The notes beneath the pieces are model-generated. The model made no database searches, was not told the origin of the DNA, and saw nothing but the letters and a program-made list of their open reading frames with translations. From the NCBI GenBank assembly GCA_018221085.1, contig JAAOXZ010000010.1:1-41029 (forward strand): a stretch of DNA of 41,029 nucleotides, written 5' to 3'. The DNA is from Candidatus Woesearchaeota archaeon (GTDB lineage: Archaea; Nanobdellota; Nanobdellia; Woesearchaeales; GW2011-AR9). Both the position numbers and the translations under genes were made by a program. Positions 8,680-15,859 of this stretch are shown here, in pieces. Within the stretch, counting starts at the first letter, position 1. Each line of letters begins with the position of its first letter.

Positions 8680-8707
8680 TTACTTTTATTCTAAAATAAC
8701 CAAAACC

Positions 8708-8716
8708 CATATAAAT
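8708..8716 (+). promoter_or_regulatory. TATA box for trmI
   Basis: CATATAAAT lies about 30 nt upstream of the ATG at 8739. Confidence 0.4.
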
Positions 8717-8738
8717 TAAGTAGTTATTTTTCTGTTTA

Positions 8739-9473
8739 ATGAGAAGTGTGAAGAAAATTTTAACAGATAGGAAAGGTAAGAAGTATCTAGTTAAAGAGTT
8801 AGATGATGATTTTCATACTGCGGATGGCGTTATTTCTAAGAAGGATTTGAAATCCAAGAAAACTGAAGTGAAGAGTAACAAAGGCAAGAAGTTTGTTTTA
8901 TTAGAACCTAATTTTGTTGATTTGTGGGAGATGATTAAAAGAGGCCCACAAGTAGTCTTGCAGAAAGATATCGGTTTGATGATGGCTAAAACAGGAATCA
9001 ATGGGCAGAGTAAAATAGTGGATGCGGGTGGCGGTTCTGGTTCGTTATGTTGTTCTTTAGCTAATGTAAGTAAAGAAGTTACAGCTTATGAAGTACAGAA
9101 AAATTTGATTGAAGTCTTAGAATATAATAAGAATTTAATGGGATTGAATAATTTAACGATTAAGAATAAGTCTATTTATCAAGGAATTGCCGAAAAAGAT
9201 TTAGATGTGATTACTTTGGATTTAGCGGAACCTTGGCAGGTAATCAAACATGCGGAAAAGTCTTTGAAATTGGGTGGATTTTTAGTAGTTTATTTACCTA
9301 ATATTATTCAAGTGAAACAATTTGTCGATTCTTTACGAGGAAGTTCTATTAGGTTGTTGGAAGTGGAAGAGTTGTTAGAAAGGAAATGGAAAGTAGAAGA
9401 GAGGATATTAAGACCGGAATATGAAATGTTAGGTCATACTGGTTTTTTGGTTTTTTGTAGGAAATTGAGTTAA
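8739..9473 (+). CDS. trmI: tRNA (adenine-N1)-methyltransferase, TrmI/GCD14 family
   Basis: The SAM-binding motif IVDAGGGSGSLCCSLA is preceded by GPQVVLQKDIGLMMAKTGI. The N-terminal beta domain and the about 244-aa length are typical of TrmI. Confidence 0.8.
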   Translation: MRSVKKILTDRKGKKYLVKELDDDFHTADGVISKKDLKSKKTEVKSNKGKKFVLLEPNFVDLWEMIKRGPQVVLQKDIGLMMAKTGINGQSKIVDAGGGSGSLCCSLANVSKEVTAYEVQKNLIEVLEYNKNLMGLNNLTIKNKSIYQGIAEKDLDVITLDLAEPWQVIKHAEKSLKLGGFLVVYLPNIIQVKQFVDSLRGSSIRLLEVEELLERKWKVEERILRPEYEMLGHTGFLVFCRKLS

Positions 9474-9506
9474 AGAAATACTCTTGTATTTTGTAGGATG
9501 AGAAAT

Positions 9507-9515
9507 AATATAAAG
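9507..9515 (+). promoter_or_regulatory. TATA box for dut
   Basis: AATATAAAG lies 30 nt upstream of the ATG at 9537. Confidence 0.4.
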
Positions 9516-9536
9516 GTAATATAATTCTTGGTGGAG

Positions 9537-9965
9537 ATGGTTATTAAAATAAAAAGACTGAATAAAGATGCAGTAATGCCGAGTTATGCTAAGTATGGGG
9601 ATGCCGGAATGGATGTTTGTGCTTTAGAGGAAGCGGTTTTAAAGCCAGGAGAAATAAAGCTCATCTCAACTGGTTTAGCGTTTGAGATTCCTTATGGAAC
9701 TGAACTGCAAATTCGTCCTAGAAGTGGTTTAGCTTTAAAGAAAGGAATTAGTATTGTTAATTCTCCGGGAACGTTAGATTATGGTTACCGAGGAGAATTA
9801 AAAATTATATTAATCAATCACGGTCAAGAAGATTTTGAAGTCAAGAAAGAAGACCGTATTGCTCAAGTAGTGTTAAATAGAGTTGAGATTGTTAAAGTGG
9901 AAGAAGTTGATGAGCTTTCAGAAACAGAACGTGGAGAAGGCGGTTTCGGTAGTACTGGAGTATAA
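9537..9965 (+). CDS. dut: dUTP diphosphatase (trimeric dUTPase)
   Basis: Canonical motifs are present: AGMDV, RPRSGLALKKGI, GTLDYGYRGEL, RIAQVV and ERGEGGFGSTG. The ATG at 9537 is preferred to the TTG at 9528 from the TATA spacing. Confidence 0.9.
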   Translation: MVIKIKRLNKDAVMPSYAKYGDAGMDVCALEEAVLKPGEIKLISTGLAFEIPYGTELQIRPRSGLALKKGISIVNSPGTLDYGYRGELKIILINHGQEDFEVKKEDRIAQVVLNRVEIVKVEEVDELSETERGEGGFGSTGV

Positions 9966-11444
9966 TCACTTAATCAAATAGCCTTTGTTTTTGTTCATGA
10001 ATTCAACAGCTAGTTTTAATTTGAATTCACTTTCAGCATAGATGGTGTAAAGAAGTTCTCCTTTCTTAACTTTGTCTTTAACTTTCTTGTTGATGTACAT
10101 CCCAGCACCTTTGCTATGGGGGGCGCCAGCCACTCGAGCAATTTTAGCAATCACCTTGTTATCAATTTCTTTGATCTTACCGGTTTTTCCAGCTCTAACT
10201 GGGCGTTTAAATCTACCTAGTTGACAAGGTTTAGCTTTGCCCTGAGCTTTGATAATATCTTCCATTTTTTTCAAAGCTTGACCACTGGCTAAAATTTGTT
10301 TAGCTAATTTGAGGCCGTTCTTTTTCCCGGCCATTTTTAACAATACTCCAGCCATAAAGAGAGATTTCTTTTTGAGATCTTGGGGTGCTTGAGGATCATT
10401 TTTTAGAATGGCCATGACGTCTCGGGCTTCTAGTGCAGGACCGATGCCATTGCCAATAGGCTGCGAACCATCAGTAACAATAACTTTGGTTTTCATTTTT
10501 AATTTCTTGCCTACCATTTCAAACATTTTTTTAAGATGTCGAGCTTTAGCGTTGGTATCGGCTTTAGTGCTTTTTCCTTTAGGGATATCAATTAAAACAG
10601 CATTAGCAGTCACAGAATATTTTTTAGCCATGACTGAAGCCAGTAATTGTCCTTCAGTATCAATAGAAAGAGGGTTTTCCACAGTAATGATTTTATCGTC
10701 GGCAGGAGCTAGATTCATGGTTCCGCCATGAACAATACAGGCACCAGTTTTTTTAACTATTTGCCTGATTTTCTTTTCAGTGAGAGTTACTTTGGCTAAG
10801 CATTCCATGGTATCAGCAGTTCCGGCTGGAGAAGTAATAGCACGAGAACTGGTTTTGGGGATAGTAAAGCCAGCAGCAGCAATAATGGGGATGACTAACA
10901 TAGTGGTACGATTGTTGGGTACTCCACCAATACAATGTTTATCTAGAGTTAGACCTCGGAATTTTATTCGATTGCCGGTAGCGACCATGGCCTTAGTTAA
11001 ATCCACAATTTCTTGGTTGTTTAATCCATTAGTGAAGCAAGCAGAAACAAAATAAGTTTTTTCGATATTAGTTAATCGGTCGTGAGTAATATCATCAACA
11101 ATATGATACATTTCTTGATAATTTAATCTGTTGCCGAATAATTTATTGCGAATATGTTTAACTGATTCTGGTTTACCGGTGAAACGGAGACTAATTTGGC
11201 TTCCTTGTTTGACTTTTAATTTATCCAAAACTTCTTCAAATAATCCGATTTGACCTGGAGGTACGGCCCTTCGACTTTCGGAAATGTCAAGGATAGTGGT
11301 AATCTCTCTGTTATTTTTTTTAACAATAATCCGGTCTCCAGAATATAAGTCTAGTTCCTTGGCATCTTTTTCGTGAAGAATAACAATGAACACTCCGCCG
11401 GAGGCGATATCCATATCTTTAACTTTAAATTTAACAGATTTCAT
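9966..11444 (-). CDS. deoA: AMP phosphorylase (archaeal long-form thymidine phosphorylase family)
   Basis: The 492-aa protein has the pyrimidine-nucleoside phosphorylase core (DKHCIGGVPNNRTT, TSSRAITSPAGTADTME). It also carries the about 80-aa N-terminal extension typical of archaeal AMP phosphorylases. Confidence 0.75.
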   Translation of the reverse strand: MKSVKFKVKDMDIASGGVFIVILHEKDAKELDLYSGDRIIVKKNNREITTILDISESRRAVPPGQIGLFEEVLDKLKVKQGSQISLRFTGKPESVKHIRNKLFGNRLNYQEMYHIVDDITHDRLTNIEKTYFVSACFTNGLNNQEIVDLTKAMVATGNRIKFRGLTLDKHCIGGVPNNRTTMLVIPIIAAAGFTIPKTSSRAITSPAGTADTMECLAKVTLTEKKIRQIVKKTGACIVHGGTMNLAPADDKIITVENPLSIDTEGQLLASVMAKKYSVTANAVLIDIPKGKSTKADTNAKARHLKKMFEMVGKKLKMKTKVIVTDGSQPIGNGIGPALEARDVMAILKNDPQAPQDLKKKSLFMAGVLLKMAGKKNGLKLAKQILASGQALKKMEDIIKAQGKAKPCQLGRFKRPVRAGKTGKIKEIDNKVIAKIARVAGAPHSKGAGMYINKKVKDKVKKGELLYTIYAESEFKLKLAVEFMNKNKGYLIK

Positions 11445-11527
11445 AGTCCCTCTTTTTTATTATATAACTTAAATTTTTAGAATTTATATATCTTTTTGTT
11501 TGAAGTAAGTAATATATCAACTTGCAC

Positions 11528-11579
11528 GGCACAGTTACGGCACCTTATTTTATTAGTTAATTCATGGGTGCCGTGTGCC
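11528..11579. other. GC-rich bulged hairpin in intergenic region
   Basis: GGCAC-AGTT-ACGGCACC (11528-11544) pairs with GGTGCCGT-GTGCC (11567-11579). This gives 13 bp with a 4-nt bulge and a 22-nt AT-rich loop. Confidence 0.35.
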
Positions 11580-11621
11580 TCAATTGGCAAAGCAGACATA
11601 TCACTTACTATTTGAGAAGGC

Positions 11622-13061
11622 TTATTCTTCGGTGGGTTCTTGTTCAATAGGCTGAGTAAAGGCAGAAGTATCTACTAAGTCTTCTTTGTTTTCGCCACAG
11701 TACAAATTAACAAACCAACGGGCTAGTTTGGTGAAACCTTTTAATTTAGGATTAAGTATGGGGAGTTCTTTATTGGCGTGGTGTCGGTATATCTCTTGAG
11801 TTTCTATATGGTGGTCTTCAATCTGGCCGTTTAATTTTTCAATTTGATCCTTAAGTTCAATGATTCCTTCTCTTTGGGACTCAGTTTCAAGATGAGCTAT
11901 ATATTCGTTAATTCCACCATAAAGTTTCTTGGCTCTTTTTCTATCTCCTTGTCTTTCAGTGGCCGGTATGCCTTTATAGAATAAAGCAGTACCAGATAGT
12001 CCCAATACCAATGCTCCTCCTCCAAATCCCAATCCCCATGCGGTGAAGTCAGGTAAGACTAAAGGAACATTAAATAATGCCACGGGGAGGACAAAAATCC
12101 CTAGGAATATTGCTTTTCTCCATCCCCATTCGTAAGTAACATAATCTACAGATCCCCTCATGGTGTCTCTTTGGAGGTTTTTGGTGGTTCCGTTAAATTG
12201 ATAGAAAACGATGTCTGCTAGTGAAGGGTTAGTGATGTTTTCCGGAAGAGAATGGGTACTGCCCATTCCAATGTTATTGTTAATAAAAGCATCCACTAGT
12301 TCAGCGGGTGTTTCTACTGGGGTGGGTTCTCCTTCTGAATTTAGTTTCCAAGCTACAGTAAATTGGTTTCCTAGACGTTCCTTGGTGTGGGCATCGGTTC
12401 CACAACAAATTGCTAATTTATTTCTTTGGGCAATATCAAGTTCGATGAGATTTTCTAATTGACTATCGCCATTAAGTTCAATTTTATCTTCGCCCTCCAT
12501 TAGGCGGTAAAGTTGTTCTCCAGACAAAGGTTTTTTTGGGGTGCATTGTAGAGCAATATGGGATTTAACGTAAGGAACACCCTCGCCCTTACAGAATTTT
12601 ATGAATTCTTTCTCGCCACATTCACGCTGACGTAGCAGTTTTCTATTTAAGGTTCTGACTTTATGGTCTGGTAAAGGACTGGTAGCGCCATTACTATAGT
12701 CTAATCCTACACAATTAACATGAATAGTTTGATCAAAACATCTGGGTTCTATGGCTACAGTATATTCGCCACCGACGATCACATCTTCGTGGCCTTTTTT
12801 CAAACGATATCGGCGTAATTCCAGTGCACCCTCGACTTCATCGTGATCGGAGATAGTTTGATACTCTCTGCCTCTTTTTTCTAATATGCTGGAAATTTTT
12901 TTGATGGGGGTATAACATTCTCGGACACCTAAAAACCGAGTTACTTTGTGAGGTATAAAGCTATTAGAATATTTAGAATGACAGTGGAGATCAATTGAAC
13001 TACAGTCCATACTAACTAGTTTGATTTTACCATTTTCTTGAATATAGACGTCACGTAGCAT
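11622..13061 (-). CDS. PHP-domain metal-dependent phosphoesterase fused to TM segments and a C-terminal coiled coil
   Basis: IDLHCHSKYSNS is PHP motif I and CCGTDAHT is a late PHP His motif. Hydrophobic stretches IFLGIFVLPVALFNVPLVLP and GLGFGGGALVLGLSGTALF are followed by a heptad-rich tail. Confidence 0.6.
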   Translation of the reverse strand: MLRDVYIQENGKIKLVSMDCSSIDLHCHSKYSNSFIPHKVTRFLGVRECYTPIKKISSILEKRGREYQTISDHDEVEGALELRRYRLKKGHEDVIVGGEYTVAIEPRCFDQTIHVNCVGLDYSNGATSPLPDHKVRTLNRKLLRQRECGEKEFIKFCKGEGVPYVKSHIALQCTPKKPLSGEQLYRLMEGEDKIELNGDSQLENLIELDIAQRNKLAICCGTDAHTKERLGNQFTVAWKLNSEGEPTPVETPAELVDAFINNNIGMGSTHSLPENITNPSLADIVFYQFNGTTKNLQRDTMRGSVDYVTYEWGWRKAIFLGIFVLPVALFNVPLVLPDFTAWGLGFGGGALVLGLSGTALFYKGIPATERQGDRKRAKKLYGGINEYIAHLETESQREGIIELKDQIEKLNGQIEDHHIETQEIYRHHANKELPILNPKLKGFTKLARWFVNLYCGENKEDLVDTSAFTQPIEQEPTEE

Positions 13062-13151
13062 TTTGTATATATGTTCTCTAGAATATAGTTTTGAAGCCTC
13101 ATTTATAACTTTTTCTCTGTAAAATATAAGAAAAAAGAAAAAAAAATGTTT

Positions 13152-13502
13152 TTATCTTTCAGCTAAGACAAAAACGGATCGTAAGGCAACGATAATTGTT
13201 GCAGGTACGAACAGGGTTAAGATACCTTTCAAGATATTAGATATGATGGCGGCAACTCCTTCAAAGATACCTACTTGTATACCTAGGAAAGAAACTAACA
13301 CTAAAATTGTTCCTCCGGTCAAGAAAGCACCTACTTCTGAAGAAGTAATGTTTAATAGTCCAACGATAATACCTAATAAGAAAACTACCCACAGTAAAGT
13401 ATTTTGGTAAATACCTCCTAAACCTAGTCCTAGAATCATTGCTAAAAGCAAACCGATTAAGAAGGACCAACTGCCAATAATGTTTCTTCTGATTTTAACC
13501 AT
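13152..13502 (-). CDS. Small integral membrane protein (about 4 TM), hypothetical
   Basis: The 116-aa protein is almost entirely hydrophobic and Gly-rich. An AGGTGA RBS lies on the minus strand at 13509-13514. Confidence 0.55.
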   Translation of the reverse strand: MVKIRRNIIGSWSFLIGLLLAMILGLGLGGIYQNTLLWVVFLLGIIVGLLNITSSEVGAFLTGGTILVLVSFLGIQVGIFEGVAAIISNILKGILTLFVPATIIVALRSVFVLAER

Positions 13503-13580
13503 TTAATATCACCTCGTCTTTAATTGTTAAGGGAATATTTTTTTTGTTTTTAAAATCTTCGGTTGAATTATTAGAAAAGT

Positions 13581-13588
13581 TTTATAAA
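13581..13588 (+). promoter_or_regulatory. TATA box for tRNA-Tyr
   Basis: AAAAGTTTTATAAAGA. The TATA starts 32 nt upstream of tRNA position 1 (13613). Confidence 0.45.
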
Positions 13589-13612
13589 GAAGATACGGTT
13601 ATTTCTTTGCAA

Positions 13613-13755
13613 CCCTGCTTAGTTCAGTGGCTAGAACGTCCGGCTGTAGAAAATCTTTGGAGTTGTCCATACGACTGAAATGATAAAGATTCAGCCGTCA
13701 CCGGAAGATCCCCGGTTCGAAAGCAAAATAACGCACGAAAATCCGGGAGCGGGGA
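13613..13755 (+). tRNA. tRNA-Tyr(GTA) with two introns (anticodon loop 37/38, about 50 nt; T-loop 59/60, about 20 nt)
   Basis: Hand-folded. Acceptor CCCTGCT/AGCGGGG with the C1-G72 pair typical of archaeal tRNA-Tyr. D arm GTTC-AGTGGCTA-GAAC. Anticodon stem TCCGG (13639-43)/CCGGA (13701-05), loop CTGTAG..A, anticodon 13646-13648. Variable loop AGATC. T stem CCCGG (13711-15)/CCGGG (13743-47) enclosing 27 nt instead of 7. Predicted introns are 13650-13699 and 13722-13741. Confidence 0.8.
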
Positions 13756-13763
13756 CTTAATAA

Positions 13764-13796
13764 AGGGAAAAAGGCGTTCTTTTCCCTGTTTTTTTC
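13764..13796 (+). terminator. Hairpin plus T-run directly after tRNA-Tyr
   Basis: AGGGAAAA (13764-71) pairs with TTTTCCCT (13780-87) and is followed by GTTTTTTTC. Confidence 0.45.
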
Positions 13797-13917
13797 TAAA
13801 TCCAACGAAAGCTTTATAAAGAAAACACATGTTTTATTTAAAAATGGCAGAATACTTTCTACATTAAAAATGATTTCAAAATTTTAAGTGTAGATGGTGT
13901 TATGTTAAAAAAAGACT

Positions 13918-14037
13918 GCCCTGGTAGTGTAGTCCGGTCTAGCATGAAGCCCTGTCGACAACTTGACAAGGTTGAAAGAAAGGCTTCGACTCGGGTTCAA
14001 AATTTGGTGATTCAAAATGAAAGTCCCGGCCAGGGCG
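13918..14037 (+). tRNA. tRNA-Asp(GTC) with two introns (37/38, 23 nt; T-loop 59/60, 22 nt)
   Basis: Hand-folded. Acceptor GCCCTGG/CCAGGGC. D stem GTGT/GCAT with two wobble pairs. Anticodon stem AAGCC (13947-51)/GGCTT (13982-86), loop CTGTCG..A, anticodon 13954-13956. T stem TCGGG (13991-95)/CCCGG (14025-29) enclosing 29 nt. Predicted introns are 13958-13980 and 14002-14023. Confidence 0.8.
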
Positions 14038-14047
14038 TTTCCATTAT

Positions 14048-14135
14048 GGGCCGGTAGCTCAGCTTGGTAGAGCGCTTGACTTTTAAGTCAAACAAAGATA
14101 TCAAGCGGTCGCGAGTTCGAATCTCGTCCGGCCCA
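14048..14135 (+). tRNA. tRNA-Lys(TTT) with a 14-nt anticodon-loop intron
   Basis: Acceptor GGGCCGG/CCGGCCC. D arm GCTC-AGCTTGGTA-GAGC. Anticodon stem CTTGA/TCAAG enclosing 21 nt (CTTTTA + intron 14086-14099 + A), anticodon 14082-14084. T arm GCGAG-TTCGAAT-CTCGT. Discriminator A at 14135. Confidence 0.85.
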
Positions 14136-14152
14136 TTAATAATACTCTCAAA

Positions 14153-14395
14153 ATGGGAAAAACATTCAATGTAGAAGCTCATCACTTGGTACCAAAGCAT
14201 ACGAAGTTAAGCGATGCTGAAACAAAGAAGCTATTTGAAAAATATAACATTACTTCTAAAGAATTACCTAAAATTCTTGATACGGATCCAGTTATAGAAT
14301 CGCTGGGAGCGAAAGCGGGAGATGTAATAAAAGTTAATAGAGCCAGTGAAACGGCGGGAGAAACAGTTTATTATCGGGAGGTTGTCGATGAATAA
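14153..14395 (+). CDS. rpoH: DNA-directed RNA polymerase subunit H (Rpo5)
   Basis: The 80-aa protein has HHLVPKHTKLSDAETKKLFEKYNI...LPKI...DPV...GAKAGDVIKV.R.S.TAG...YYR.VV, the Rpb5 C-domain signature. It sits first in the RNAP operon. Confidence 0.93.
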   Translation: MGKTFNVEAHHLVPKHTKLSDAETKKLFEKYNITSKELPKILDTDPVIESLGAKAGDVIKVNRASETAGETVYYREVVDE

Positions 14396-15857
14396 ATCAA
14401 TTTTACTTAAGAAATACTTTGAAGAGCAAAAGTTTGTCGAGAGTAATATTCAATCTTTCAATCGGTTTATAGAAAAAAAGATGCAGGAAGTTATCGACGA
14501 AAATAAAGAAGTTGAGCCGGCCATTATTCCCCATAATATTGAAAAGTTTAAAATAAAATTTGGAAAGATTTCTATTGGTCATCCAGAAGTAACTGAAGCC
14601 GATGGAAGTAAAAGAAAAATATTTCCAATTGAATCCAGATTGAGAAAGATCTCTTATTCTGCACCGATTCATTTAGAAATTAGTACTTATATTAATGACA
14701 TACAAAGAGAATCTTTTGTAGTGGAAGTAGGAAAGATTCCTATTATGTTGAGAAGTAAATATTGTAGTTTAAATGATTTGAGTGAAGAAGAATTGATAAA
14801 GCACGGAGAAGATCCCTATGATCCTGGCGGTTATTTTATTATTAACGGAACAGAAAAGGTTATTGTAACTGTAGAAGATTTAGCTTCTAATATTTTTGTG
14901 GTAGAACAATCTAAAAAGAAGGGATTAGCCGGAAGAATATTTTCTGCTAAAGGATCTTATAAAATCCCTCATACTTTTGAGAAAAAGAAAGATGGTTTGT
15001 TCTATATCTCTTTTACTAGGGTAAAAGGCATGCCAGTGATGATGGTGCTTAAGGCTCTCGGTTTGTTAAACGATGAAGAAATTATGAAGTTAATTGCTGG
15101 AGATAAGAATTATGACGAAGTATTATTGAATCTTTATGAATTTGCAGATATTAGGTCTCAAGAAGAAGCAGTAGATTATATTGCTAGAAAGACTGGGATG
15201 ACTCAAATAAGAGAAGTGCGTTTAGAGAGAATGAAAGAAATGCTGGAGAAGTATCTCTTACCTCATATTGGCATAGAAACTAAAGATGGTATGAGCAAAG
15301 CAAAAAATTTATGTAAGATGTTGAAGAAATTTATTGAAGTACAAAGAGGAATCAGAGATCCAGACGACAAAGATCATTATTCTAATAAAAGATTAAAATT
15401 AAGCGGCGATTTATTGATGGATCTATTCAGAGTTAATTTTAAAATTTTAGTGGGAGATATTTTGTATAACTTTCAGAGGATCATTAAGAGAGGAAAATTA
15501 CCTAGTATCCGAGTAATTATTCGAGAAAAACTATTGACTCAAAGAATTTATTCTTCTATGGCAACTGGAAAGTGGGTCGGAGCTAGACAAGGGATTTCTC
15601 AAAGAATGAGTCGAACTAACTTTTTAGATATGCTTTCTCATTTACAGAGAGTAGTTAGTCCATTAGAAAGTTCTCAAGAAAACTTTGAAGCTAGATCTTT
15701 ACATTGTACTCACGTAGGCCGATTATGTCCGATTGAAACTCCAGAAGGAACTAATATTGGTTTAAGAAAAAATTTAGCTTTACTTTGCAGTGTAGCTCAA
15801 GGAGAAGACGAAGAAGCAGTTTTAGAAAAAATAAAAGAATTGGGGCTACAGGAATAA
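14388..15857 (+). CDS. rpoB2: DNA-directed RNA polymerase subunit B'' (N-terminal half of split Rpo2)
   Basis: The ATG at 14388 lies 6 nt after GGGAGG and overlaps the rpoH stop by 8 nt. NIQSFNRFIE, YFIINGTEKVIV and HVGRLCPIETPEGTNIGL are Rpb2 N-half motifs. Confidence 0.95.
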   Translation: MNKSILLKKYFEEQKFVESNIQSFNRFIEKKMQEVIDENKEVEPAIIPHNIEKFKIKFGKISIGHPEVTEADGSKRKIFPIESRLRKISYSAPIHLEISTYINDIQRESFVVEVGKIPIMLRSKYCSLNDLSEEELIKHGEDPYDPGGYFIINGTEKVIVTVEDLASNIFVVEQSKKKGLAGRIFSAKGSYKIPHTFEKKKDGLFYISFTRVKGMPVMMVLKALGLLNDEEIMKLIAGDKNYDEVLLNLYEFADIRSQEEAVDYIARKTGMTQIREVRLERMKEMLEKYLLPHIGIETKDGMSKAKNLCKMLKKFIEVQRGIRDPDDKDHYSNKRLKLSGDLLMDLFRVNFKILVGDILYNFQRIIKRGKLPSIRVIIREKLLTQRIYSSMATGKWVGARQGISQRMSRTNFLDMLSHLQRVVSPLESSQENFEARSLHCTHVGRLCPIETPEGTNIGLRKNLALLCSVAQGEDEEAVLEKIKELGLQE

Positions 15858-15859
15858 AA

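Noticed and set aside
13650-13699. C/D-box sRNA embedded in the tRNA-Tyr intron (CTGA and ATGATAA present)
   Set aside because: The box order is wrong (D-like before C-like), the C-like box is degenerate (UGAUAA), and 50 nt leaves no room for two guide regions. The complementarity is better explained as BHB-forming intron structure.
13624-14200. Minus-strand ORFs 13624..13830 and 14012..14200
   Set aside because: They lie antisense across the tRNA-Tyr, tRNA-Asp and tRNA-Lys genes and the rpoH start. The tRNA folds explain the region completely.
14346-15859. Longer upstream starts for rpoB'' (14346, GTG) and rpoB' (15785)
   Set aside because: Both extensions overlap the preceding gene in another frame and encode Arg/Ser-rich junk. 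Conserved N-termini begin at the ATGs at 14388 (after GGGAGG) and 15860.
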